The notes beneath the pieces were generated by a model that saw only the letters and a list, made by a program, of their open reading frames with translations, was not told the DNA's origin and ran no database searches. DNA of 53,778 bases, the filler included, from Stramenopiles sp. TOSAG23-2 (lineage: Eukaryota): the NCBI GenBank assembly GCA_900128395.1. It is 3 parts of 3 records of this genome, joined end to end, with 100 filler letters (N's around TTAATTAATTAA, not from the genome) between each part and the next. Parts side by side here need not be neighbours in the genome. Positions count along the whole stretch, not along the records: positions 17,973 to 35,843 come from LT649621.1; positions 35,944 to 53,778 come from LT649622.1; 1 more part is not named here. One strand, written 5' to 3'. Positions 31,801-40,688 of this stretch are shown here, piece after piece. The first letter of the stretch is position 1. Each line of letters starts with the position of its first letter. Both the position numbers and the translations under genes were made by a program.

Positions 31801-32061
31801 ATTTGCATAGCCACTAGCATATCCGGAATCAACAGTATCTTCTCGTTTAAATGTAATCAATTCAGATTCACCACCATCATCATCGTCCTCTTCAGCATTT
31901 GTTGATGAAGAGGATGTGACGTTGATATTATTTTCTTTCGTATTTTCAGCGTTATTTATATTATTATTATTATTATTATTATCCTCGTTGGTTGATAATT
32001 CTATATCAACTTTTACTTCTTCTGTAGTTATTTTCTCGTCATTTTCTTTAGATGTTGACAT
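28861..32061 (-). CDS. SLC12 cation-chloride cotransporter (NKCC/NCC-like)
   Basis: FGTFDGVVARCLLNIWGVIMFLR, AIATNGEVEGGGAYFLISRSLG, FFPAMTGMMAGANISGEL, SPGWRPTY, KTWRP, IDVYWLADTGG and RGNQKNVLTFYS. Confidence 0.95.
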   Translation of the reverse strand: MSTSKENDEKITTEEVKVDIELSTNEDNNNNNNNINNAENTKENNINVTSSSSTNAEEDDDDGGESELITFKREDTVDSGYASGYANTVELMPNVDNYLYNAEGTVQVRPGYATVIAGQPTVVLESRLKAVEEVKQSRAKLAEQKRFGTFDGVVARCLLNIWGVIMFLRMGFVAAHAGVLHGTFIIFLSFLLSILSATSLSAIATNGEVEGGGAYFLISRSLGAAYGGSIGLIFSLANAISISMYLVGFAETVVGIYGTSPENFMTTKQGDIRIIGSIALVVLLGIACLGASWVVKFDLFQLVILVIGILAFIIGTFTTPSTPGWAFTGYSSTTFATNWLPDYRKTVQQPDGESFMSVFSIFFPAMTGMMAGANISGELKDAQKSIPFGTMLAIFVSSLVYMAILWFLGATCERDGGEGGLYDDSMLMIRIAVWSPLVVIGIFASTLSSALAGLIGAPRILKAVCEDKLFQPLQYFAKGREKDNEPVRGYFLAVGVAFVGVIIGDLNAIAPLITNFFLATRTFINLACFMASYSKSPGWRPTYHYYNANLSLFTAFLCVLVMFAISWIQALITLGIGAILYYYVKTKAPEVNWGAAEQGLQWQVARQSMLRLERMHLARHAKTWRPLYLLAPLELKHKNSMLKWAKQLKLGNGLSILADVLVGSFNELGDVFRDRRLLPPTNRILIALTKVKKKKQRPNSPNGNSNATEDEKQKQALTNIAELINDDIKREDSSLSGGKPPPAIIDRRLSIIDQLDDEDKFIVGLDILVETIVTPRMSNGIHQLLQTAGVGSMRPNMLIMPLKVGKDFEETDDENPILTAEEYVDMINDALTLRYGVGLLHIKNNDNNFGNKKTSWEDDFVNEDGNNKTVNGCCVGSGGNTNNNENNTKRKPVIDVYWLADTGGALLLVAHLHAIWAKWHGMCDLRVFLHSSRQMMVQTTAQVMRMIQKFRIPVASVEPFDMYSKPTQKSYNRFPDIFDKNKKKEQQANFKSKLKRFLRVGEVMAKESKDSTFIYMTLPFPAVPDKLTAKEYLTWLEAVALTDRGENPPPICFLRGNQKNVLTFYS

Positions 32062-32982
32062 GGTGTTGATTATTATTATTATCGGGAAAAAAAAAAATTA
32101 TTACGTATATATTTTATATATATAAATATATGCGTGAAATTGTATATGTAAAGAGAGGGAAAGAGATATGCACAGATAAAATTGTAAATATCTATATATC
32201 TATATACATATAGACATAGAAGAAAGATGGTTCACTACTTCTATTTTATCAATTTTGATCAATTCAAATGTATTTTTAGTAGTTGTATTTCCATGCTATT
32301 TTATAACGATTTTTTTAGATGATAATAGATTAAGATGTGCGGTTGTTCGCTCAATTGCTAATAATACAGACTTTGTGTGTTAATAACTTAATAACATAGA
32401 CTTATCATTATAAAAATGCTGGAAATGCACACACTTTATATCAGGAAGCACCAGCTGACGGCTCTGATGATGACTCTTTTACACAACTTGATCACTCTTG
32501 ACTTGACTCTTGACTTGACTCTTGGCACCTTTTGATCACTTTTCCAAAAAACCAATCCTGATGGTGTGGCAATCTTTTTTGTCTTTTTTTGTTGAGGCAG
32601 ACTGGCAGACTTCCTGGACTTCTATTATTATTTATATTATTTTTATTATTATTACTCTTACCACAGTGGTATAATACTTACATACACTTCTTTTACATGT
32701 AGTAAATACTAATAATGAATAAACATATATGTATATATTATACATACACAAACTACAAAAGGAATAGTTCAAACTTAAATAAAAGATCAATTTTTTGCAT
32801 ATTACTAAATATATAAATTTAAATAATTTAAATCATATATAAACCATATATATCAATTATTTGTCTATAAAAATCTGAATATAAATGTATATATATGAAT
32901 AATTGAAATATACAAACGGGAGGGGTATATATTATAGTAGAATAATCTATTTTTTGATACTTTTTATATACACATATATATA

Positions 32983-35406
32983 ATGGGTGGAATTATAGCA
33001 AAACGTAGGCAAAGGGCGGAGCAACGAGCTGAAGAATTAGCACAGAGATATTTGCAAGAGGATGAGGAATACATGCAACAACAAGAACAACTTGGTGAAA
33101 GGCAAGAAAGGCAACGTGAAGCTATTAAACATGTTATGACTTATATGTATCCATATCAAAATGTAAATACTAGAATTGCGAAACATCCAAAAGGTTCGCC
33201 AAAAGCTGGTGAAAAATTTATGTGGATAACACGTAGTGTTGGCCGTAGTTCTTTTAGTGCGCCAAGAGAAGCAAATTATCCTGAATGTGTCACAGTCGAT
33301 AAGGAAGGAAATGTATATGTCTCTGAACATACAGATCAAGAAACATATAAAATATCAAGTGAAGAAATATTAGCAGCAAAATATGTACCAGCTAAACCAC
33401 GTTCACCTCCATTATTATTGAAACGTACACAAGCAGATATTGCAGTTGAATGGGAAAAAATCTATGCACGTGTAGATAGGTATGAATTGCAATATCAATT
33501 GTATGATGAAGTAGATAATTGGAAAACGTCTAGTGCATTTTTATTTACAAATTGTGGAACATTGAAAGATATTAAATGTAATCAAAAATATATATTTCGT
33601 GTCCGTGCACATAATATGGTTGGATGGGGTGAATATAGCGATGCAAGTGCTATTTTCAGCAGTGCACCTGGTCCTCCAGAACGACCAGATGCACCAAATT
33701 TAACATTTACAAGTGAATTTGCAATTGGGTTAGAATGGACAACGTGTAATGATAATGGTTCGGAAATATTTTGTTACACCGTACGTTGTAAAGCGGAAGG
33801 ACCGAATAATAAATGGCGTGATGCCTTTGTTGGTTTATCAACAAATTGTACAGTAACGGAATTAGATGACAATACATCATATTTTTTCCAAATTTTTGCT
33901 ACTAATGATATTGGTAGAAGTGATGGTAGTTACAATGTAACTTATACGACAAAAGAAGCACCGTTGGATATATCTGGCCCTGTATTGCGACGACATGGTG
34001 TATGGGAGGAATATTACGATAGTCGTCGCCAAGCATGTGTATATTTAAATACAAAAACAAATCTTCGACAAAAGAAAACACCATTTGAATTGCGCAGTGA
34101 AGCAAAAAGTGTATGTGATCCTGATGTTGAATTTAGGAAAAAAAGATATCGTTTCATACGTTCAATACGCAAAAGTGCCGTACATTTAGAACGTCGACAA
34201 AGTAGAGCATTGAGTATGTCAGACGATGGCTTGATCTTTTCGGATAGTGAAGATGCAACTATAAATGATGAAACTCCAGTATCACCAACCATTGTTTCCG
34301 TTCTCGCTTTGCAAATTGAACGCGAACGAATTTTTGAAGATACATTTGAACAATTTCAAGCGATGCCAACACATTATTTAAGTCGTCGTACACGCGTTGA
34401 ATTTCAAGGTGAAATGGGTATTGATTCAGGTGGTTTAACAAAGGAATGGTATTTAGAACTTGCACGTACATTTGCTGATAAATCAAGACGATTATTTAGA
34501 AGAACATCGAATAAATCAGCTATTGGCATAGATCCAAAAGCTGTCATAAAATTAAAACATTGTGGTATACCAGAATTTAGATTTATCGGACGTATTGTAG
34601 GAAAATCTATTTTTGATCGCCAATTAATAAATGTGCAATTTGATCGTGCAATTTTAAAATCAATATTAGGACATCCATTAACAATGGAAGATTTAGAATT
34701 AGTTGATCCAGTATATGCAAAAAGTTTGAAATGGATATTAGAAAATGATATCACTGGTATTATAGATGAAACATTTAGTTCCTTTCGGAAAGATGCATTA
34801 GGTCGTGATGAATGTGTTGATTTAACGGTGAATGGCACCAAAATTGTAGGTGGGCGTAATATTGATGTAACTAATGATAATAAAATGGATTATGTATCTG
34901 GTATGGTTCATTTCTCGTTATATGGACAAGTGGAACATCAATTAGATTCATTTTTAAAAGGTTTTTATGAAATTGTACCAAAGGAAGATATATCATGTTT
35001 TACAATAGAGGAAATTATATTGTTAATGAATGGTAGAGAGGAAATTGTCGTATCGACATTGGCGGCATCATCGAAATATGATGGTGGTATCGATGAAAGT
35101 AGTGATATTGTAGTATGGTTATGGAAAGTTGTGGAAAAAATGACAAAAGAAATGAAAACAAAATTTTTAACATTTGTAACTGGTTGTCCACGTATACCAT
35201 TAGATGGGTTTGATCCACAATTTACAGTAACATGTAGTGATGATATGGAAGCTACAGCATTGCCACGTTCACATACGTGTTTTAACCAATTGGTATTGCC
35301 ACCATATCATTTAGCATGCCCAGGTGATTTAACAGTTGGACGAAAAACATTGAAAGAAAAATTATTATACGCAATTGAACATGCACATGGTTTTCACATG
35401 ACGTAA
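32983..35406 (+). CDS. HECT E3 ubiquitin ligase with two FN3 domains and a degenerate WW domain
   Basis: FN3 (YIFRVRAHNMVGWGEYS; YFFQIFATNDIGRS), WW-like GVWEEYYD...YLNTKT, and HECT VEFQGEMGIDSGGLTKEWY...FVTG...LPRSHTCFNQL...GF. MGGIIAK N-terminus. Confidence 0.92.
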   Translation: MGGIIAKRRQRAEQRAEELAQRYLQEDEEYMQQQEQLGERQERQREAIKHVMTYMYPYQNVNTRIAKHPKGSPKAGEKFMWITRSVGRSSFSAPREANYPECVTVDKEGNVYVSEHTDQETYKISSEEILAAKYVPAKPRSPPLLLKRTQADIAVEWEKIYARVDRYELQYQLYDEVDNWKTSSAFLFTNCGTLKDIKCNQKYIFRVRAHNMVGWGEYSDASAIFSSAPGPPERPDAPNLTFTSEFAIGLEWTTCNDNGSEIFCYTVRCKAEGPNNKWRDAFVGLSTNCTVTELDDNTSYFFQIFATNDIGRSDGSYNVTYTTKEAPLDISGPVLRRHGVWEEYYDSRRQACVYLNTKTNLRQKKTPFELRSEAKSVCDPDVEFRKKRYRFIRSIRKSAVHLERRQSRALSMSDDGLIFSDSEDATINDETPVSPTIVSVLALQIERERIFEDTFEQFQAMPTHYLSRRTRVEFQGEMGIDSGGLTKEWYLELARTFADKSRRLFRRTSNKSAIGIDPKAVIKLKHCGIPEFRFIGRIVGKSIFDRQLINVQFDRAILKSILGHPLTMEDLELVDPVYAKSLKWILENDITGIIDETFSSFRKDALGRDECVDLTVNGTKIVGGRNIDVTNDNKMDYVSGMVHFSLYGQVEHQLDSFLKGFYEIVPKEDISCFTIEEIILLMNGREEIVVSTLAASSKYDGGIDESSDIVVWLWKVVEKMTKEMKTKFLTFVTGCPRIPLDGFDPQFTVTCSDDMEATALPRSHTCFNQLVLPPYHLACPGDLTVGRKTLKEKLLYAIEHAHGFHMT

Positions 35407-35843
35407 AAAATAAAAATAAAATACGCCAACGACCAAATCCGGTATTACTGATCAGCACTTCTCGATGACAGGCTTAGTAGACTACATAAATTATATATTA
35501 TGTTGATAGGAGTAGAAAACCGTAGTGTTAGTAATTGAAGTACAAAATAGACACACAGTTTATTTCACACAGATTTACATACAAATTTAAAACACATTAA
35601 TTAATCACCATGTTTTCTTCATAGGGATATAAATAAGTAATCAATACTCGACAATTTTTATTGTTTAATTATTGATTGTTTTTTCACCATCTTTATACTC
35701 TTTAACGTTTTCCACCTGGTTTATTTGGATTGAAAAATACGACCGTGTTACCATCTTCATTGTAATCGATATGCCAGAGTGGACATTATGTTGATATGAG
35801 CCGGTGTGGGCGGCTCGTTAATCAAGTTGCTATTTGGGTGGGC

Positions 35844-35943
35844 NNNNNNNNNNNNNNNNNNNNNNNNNNNNNNNNNNNNNNNNNNNNTTAATTAATTAAN
35901 NNNNNNNNNNNNNNNNNNNNNNNNNNNNNNNNNNNNNNNNNNN
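35844..35943. other. Artificial contig linker (44 N + TTAATTAATTAA + 44 N)
   Basis: Linker at 35888-35899; total length exactly 100 nt. Confidence 0.98.
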
Positions 35944-37302
35944 CTACCTGCTTTCACTTTTGAAAAATATTATAGTCCGTTTGATGAGAAACAAGTTAGT
36001 AATAATAACACGTCGGTCATATATCCAGAATATACTGATGAACTAATAATACCTATAAAAGATGGTTATCGTATACATATCCAAGGCATTGCGAATGAAG
36101 GGAATACATGTTATGCAAACGCATTATTTCAAGGATTGGCGTCAACTAATGCCTTTCGTGAGTATTTAAAAACATCGCTTGGTGATATAAATGAAATTGA
36201 TAATAATAATAATAATAATAAAAACAAAAAGAAGAAGAAGAAGAAAAAAAAGCATGATAAAAAAATTAATAAATATAACAACAACATGGAACACAACATG
36301 GATACAACAAAGTATTTGTATGAAATATTAAAACAATTAGAAACGAAGGTAAAAAAAGACGATGTTGAAAGCACGAATAATATGTTTAATAATATATTTG
36401 GATCTCAAAATAATAACATCAATACCGACTATTGCATTACTGATAGGATTGAAAAAAAACATGTAAAACAATTTTTAAAGAATTTTAAAAAGTTTGATTT
36501 TAAAGTACATCAACAAAATGATTCATTTGAATTATTACAAGGAATTTTTGAAATTCTTGATGACTTAGAACAACAAGCAGTGAAGGATAATGTTGAAAAA
36601 TATATAAAAAAAAAGAGTCAGGAAGACAATAATGACAATGACAACAATAAAGAAAAAGGGAATGATTATCAATCCGTAAATCCGTTAGGTATAAATGAAG
36701 TGGATATACGACAATGTAGTAATTGTAATAATATTACAAGCGATAAATTACAACCATCTTGTTATTTATCGGTAGACTTGAATAATGATAAGATGAATTT
36801 TTCAATGAAAAATTTTGTAGGAGGTAACTTGCCAAAAAACGTTGATGATTGTTTAGGACAATATTTTGCTAAAGAATCTATAGAAGGTTATCAATGTGAT
36901 AAATGTAAAACAATTGCAAATGTGTCTAAATATCGTCGCTTAGCATCTACGCCAACTATATTAACAGTACATTTTAATCGTAGAATGGGTAGTCATATTA
37001 TTACAGATAAAATTGAATTTGATAAAACAATATTGAAGCTAAAAGATGAATGGATGATTGATAGTTTAAAGAATAATAATAATAATAATAAGATAAAGAA
37101 ACGATATAGATTAAAATCTATTATTAAACATATTCCTTTCACTAGTGGTGGTGGACATTACATATCATATCGTTATGTATGTGATGGTATTAAATCTAGA
37201 TGGATAGAAGCAAATGATGATTCATTGAAAGAAATAGATTTTAATGACGATATTAAAGAATGTGTAGCATACATGGCATTCTATGAACGAGTTGATCGAT
37301 AA
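35944..37302 (+). CDS. Ubiquitin-specific protease (peptidase C19), 5'-truncated
   Basis: Frame is open from the contig start. The Cys box GIANEGNTCYANALFQGL lies upstream of the tracked ORF start (36136). QQNDSFE, CSNC/CDKC zinc ribbon and His box GGGHYISY...WIEANDD. Confidence 0.9.
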   Translation, partial: LPAFTFEKYYSPFDEKQVSNNNTSVIYPEYTDELIIPIKDGYRIHIQGIANEGNTCYANALFQGLASTNAFREYLKTSLGDINEIDNNNNNNKNKKKKKKKKKHDKKINKYNNNMEHNMDTTKYLYEILKQLETKVKKDDVESTNNMFNNIFGSQNNNINTDYCITDRIEKKHVKQFLKNFKKFDFKVHQQNDSFELLQGIFEILDDLEQQAVKDNVEKYIKKKSQEDNNDNDNNKEKGNDYQSVNPLGINEVDIRQCSNCNNITSDKLQPSCYLSVDLNNDKMNFSMKNFVGGNLPKNVDDCLGQYFAKESIEGYQCDKCKTIANVSKYRRLASTPTILTVHFNRRMGSHIITDKIEFDKTILKLKDEWMIDSLKNNNNNNKIKKRYRLKSIIKHIPFTSGGGHYISYRYVCDGIKSRWIEANDDSLKEIDFNDDIKECVAYMAFYERVDR

Positions 37303-37518
37303 AAGAGGGTTAAAGTCTAAGTGTTATTATATATAATAATTTTTTAAAATCTTATAAAGTTTATATTTTTAATATCATATCGTATCAATAATTTTTATAA
37401 CATCATTAAAATATACACTATGTAGTATCATAGAGAGTGTGCGTATCATATATAAAAAATATTGTACACGGTACGAACCTCGTACAACTTTGTGAAACCT
37501 CTCTCTATATCTCTTGAT

Positions 37519-38430
37519 TTAATACAACGGATTACTTTTAAATACACACTTCATCCAATCATTTGATTTTTCTCTGTATGTTTTGATAGCACATGCTGGA
37601 CTAACACTCAATGGAACGATTAATTTAACAGCTCGTTTTGTTTTTATTTGTTTTTCAAAAAAATGACCTTTCTTAAATACTTTCAATGCAGCTTCATTTC
37701 CAGATTCAAAATGAAATTGTGCATGTTTATTTGATAACAATTCTTGTATTTTTTCTTTATTTACTTTTTTAAACAAATTTGCCGATGTAGATCCAGAACA
37801 AAATACTATTTGATTTAATGTTGGATATTTAATTAACAAACCAAATATATCATTTGCAACTCCATCTTTTATTGAATTATCATCACTATTTTTAATTTTC
37901 GCTGATTTCAATATATCCCATAATATATATCCATTATTGTTTAAACATTTTACTTGCTCATCATATGATAAAATCGGTACATTACAATCTTCTTCATAAC
38001 GGTTTGTATCTTTCAAAGCTTGTAATATTTGAGCTTGAACATTTAATGGCGATCCATCCTTTTTAAAACCAAATTGATATGGCCATGTTTCATTTACATG
38101 TTTGCCACCACGTCTAAAATTAAACTTATCAGATATTATCCACCAAAACGCATTATTACGATGTCCATAATATTGTGATAAACCATGTGATGTTATCGAT
38201 GGCATTGTTCCAACAAGCAATGTATGAGGTTTTGAATTATTATCCCCAATTATGTGTTTAAAACTTTCAACTTTATATTGTTTATCACCAAGTGAAATCC
38301 TTTTTGGCGAGGAGGTTGCATTATTGTTGTTGATAATAGTTGTTTTTCTTTTTCTTTTTTTATTAACATTATTATTATTATCCTTCTTGAAATAATTACT
38401 ACTATTACTACTACTCTTCTTTCTAGGCAT
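37519..38430 (-). CDS. Uracil-DNA glycosylase superfamily, family-6/HDG-like (hypoxanthine DNA glycosylase)
   Basis: LLVGTMPSITS...QYYGHRNNAFW, LWDIL...SDDNSI and C-terminal PLSVSPA motifs. N-terminal NLS KKRKRK. Confidence 0.82.
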   Translation of the reverse strand: MPRKKSSSNSSNYFKKDNNNNVNKKRKRKTTIINNNNATSSPKRISLGDKQYKVESFKHIIGDNNSKPHTLLVGTMPSITSHGLSQYYGHRNNAFWWIISDKFNFRRGGKHVNETWPYQFGFKKDGSPLNVQAQILQALKDTNRYEEDCNVPILSYDEQVKCLNNNGYILWDILKSAKIKNSDDNSIKDGVANDIFGLLIKYPTLNQIVFCSGSTSANLFKKVNKEKIQELLSNKHAQFHFESGNEAALKVFKKGHFFEKQIKTKRAVKLIVPLSVSPACAIKTYREKSNDWMKCVFKSNPLY

Positions 38431-39171
38431 GATGATTAATTCTTGTGGAAAAAATTAATAATGATTGATGATATATTGTTAGATTGTATAAATGGATAAT
38501 GTTTTTGAATCCTGTTTCTTTCTGATATTCTTACATATCATTGGTTGCATTGAAATGGTATATTATTGTATTGTAATAATATTTTTTTTATTTATATAAA
38601 TTACTACATACAGGTAATAAAATGAGACATCATGTGCACATATGGTGCGAGTACAGTAAGTAGGTCAGCCGTTTAAGGTGTTTGATCTGGTATAAACATT
38701 TATACTTACTAGTATATAATAATTATTAGCTGGAATGCAATCTAACCACATCAACATTTTAATTTGCACACTGGCACACCATCCACCCACACCACACCAC
38801 AAACTTAAACTCTGGGAACTCAATAAATCACAAAATCCGGAGAAAATTACTGTACCTGTATCCTGTTGTAGGTTGTAGGAAGATGAAATTTACCGACCTT
38901 ATGCACTGCATATAGGTATTACTCCATAGTATGGACATATATAGCCAATCCAGCAATAATAATAGAACAACAAAAAGAGTTAGAGTGCCAAATATAAATA
39001 TATATTACATAAAATATAATAATTCATACACGAGTACTACTGTATTTATAGATATCCATGCGCTTCAGAGATACCTAGAATACTGTAACTCAGATAACTC
39101 ACATATATAACACGTATTACTAATATTAAATATAAAACATTCAAATAATACACAAAAAATATAGCAGCAAA

Positions 39172-40425
39172 ATGGCAGAGTCAACAATAACTCCCATACA
39201 TATATTGCAACGTAAACCAGCATTAGCCATACAAGCATATTTACTAACAGCAGAAATTCCGTTCACGGTGGAAAATATATATTTTACAAAGGCTTTAAGC
39301 ACTGGATCTTTCCCACAGCTAAGGTATGCTTCAACTTCGCGTGTACGTTTAATATCAAGTGATAATGCTATATCTTATTTAAAAGAGAATGTGTATGATC
39401 TAGATCAAGATTTAACGGAGGATCAACAAATATTGAATCAATTAATATGTAATACTGTAGAAAAAAAACTAAATGTAGCATTACTTTATAGTCATTGGGT
39501 TGGTTGGCATTTTGAATATAAGAATTTTGATTGTAATATTTGGAAAAATCGAGAGGATATATTTCGAGAGGCAATAAAACTTGAGTGCAAAGTGCACGGT
39601 ATACATTATATTTTCCCTAGCTTGATTGCACCAGCAGCAAGTTTTTTGAACGAATATTTGCCAGAACAATTTTTACCAATAATTTTTCATGATGCAAAAC
39701 AAAGTATGAAAAAAATTGAAGCAAATAACAATATGCTGAATGAACCTGTTGAATCCATTTTTAATGAAACGCATAAAGATTATGCGGTGCTTGAAAAAAT
39801 ATTGAGTTCCTCAAGTACGACTTATTTTCATTCAAATGTAAAACCATCGATTGCTGATGTCGTAGTTTTTGAACATTTATCAAATGCATTTAATGAAAGA
39901 ATATCAATTTATCGTAATTCATTTCAAAGGAAATATGTAAATTTATTTAAATTATACAATGAAATGAATGCAATATACTTTCAACAAGATGGAAGATTAT
40001 TAAATCATATAGCTGTTAATGGTGATAACAAATACCAAATGATAAATGCAGAAAATGGAAAGAAACAGCGAAAAGTAGTAGAGGAATACAAAGAAAAGTT
40101 AAAATTGACATTATCCACCCCAAGCAATTCACCAACAAAAGCTAATATTGATAAAAAATTAGCAAATGATAATAATAATACACCACGTGGAGCATTTAAA
40201 CAAGCAAAACATTATGAGCACAAGAATGAAAATAATAGTAATAAATCAACTGAGAATGAAACAACATTTGCAAAAAAAACTACGAAAACGATGGCAGAGC
40301 AAAAAAAAGAATTGTATAACAAAGCATTTCTTGCTGGTATTATGATTTTATTTGGTATATATGCATTGAAAAATTATACACCAGAAGAAATAGATATTGA
40401 AGATGATGTTTATGCAGTGTATTGA
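39172..40425 (+). CDS. Metaxin/FAX-like GST-fold protein with a C-terminal TM anchor
   Basis: LAIQAYL...IPFTVEN...STGSFPQL, DLDQDL, ALLYSHW, YFHSNVKPSIADVVVFEHL and TM AFLAGIMILFGIYAL. Confidence 0.75.
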   Translation: MAESTITPIHILQRKPALAIQAYLLTAEIPFTVENIYFTKALSTGSFPQLRYASTSRVRLISSDNAISYLKENVYDLDQDLTEDQQILNQLICNTVEKKLNVALLYSHWVGWHFEYKNFDCNIWKNREDIFREAIKLECKVHGIHYIFPSLIAPAASFLNEYLPEQFLPIIFHDAKQSMKKIEANNNMLNEPVESIFNETHKDYAVLEKILSSSSTTYFHSNVKPSIADVVVFEHLSNAFNERISIYRNSFQRKYVNLFKLYNEMNAIYFQQDGRLLNHIAVNGDNKYQMINAENGKKQRKVVEEYKEKLKLTLSTPSNSPTKANIDKKLANDNNNTPRGAFKQAKHYEHKNENNSNKSTENETTFAKKTTKTMAEQKKELYNKAFLAGIMILFGIYALKNYTPEEIDIEDDVYAVY

Positions 40426-40688
40426 GATAATAAAAAAATATGAAATATTATATCATCTCTTTTGATAATTTATTTTTTAATTTACTCCCCTAACCAGCTA
40501 ACCCTACTCGTAATAATTATTATACTTCGTATAAAATATATATTTTTGCGACCATCATTAGTACGAAGTACATGTATAATCGCGGTCAATAATACTCTTG
40601 TACTTCCCTCGTTTTATAGTTCCACTCTCTCCTCTCGATCTCATCTCTAACTCCTTCTTGCAGCTGTTTTGTGGACGTTGTTTGTTGC

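Noticed and set aside
32464-32561. Possible C/D box snoRNA (TGATGA ... CTGA)
   Set aside because: There is no convincing terminal stem or recognisable rRNA guide, and the interior is a simple CTTGA/CTCTTGA tandem repeat. A snoscan run would be needed.
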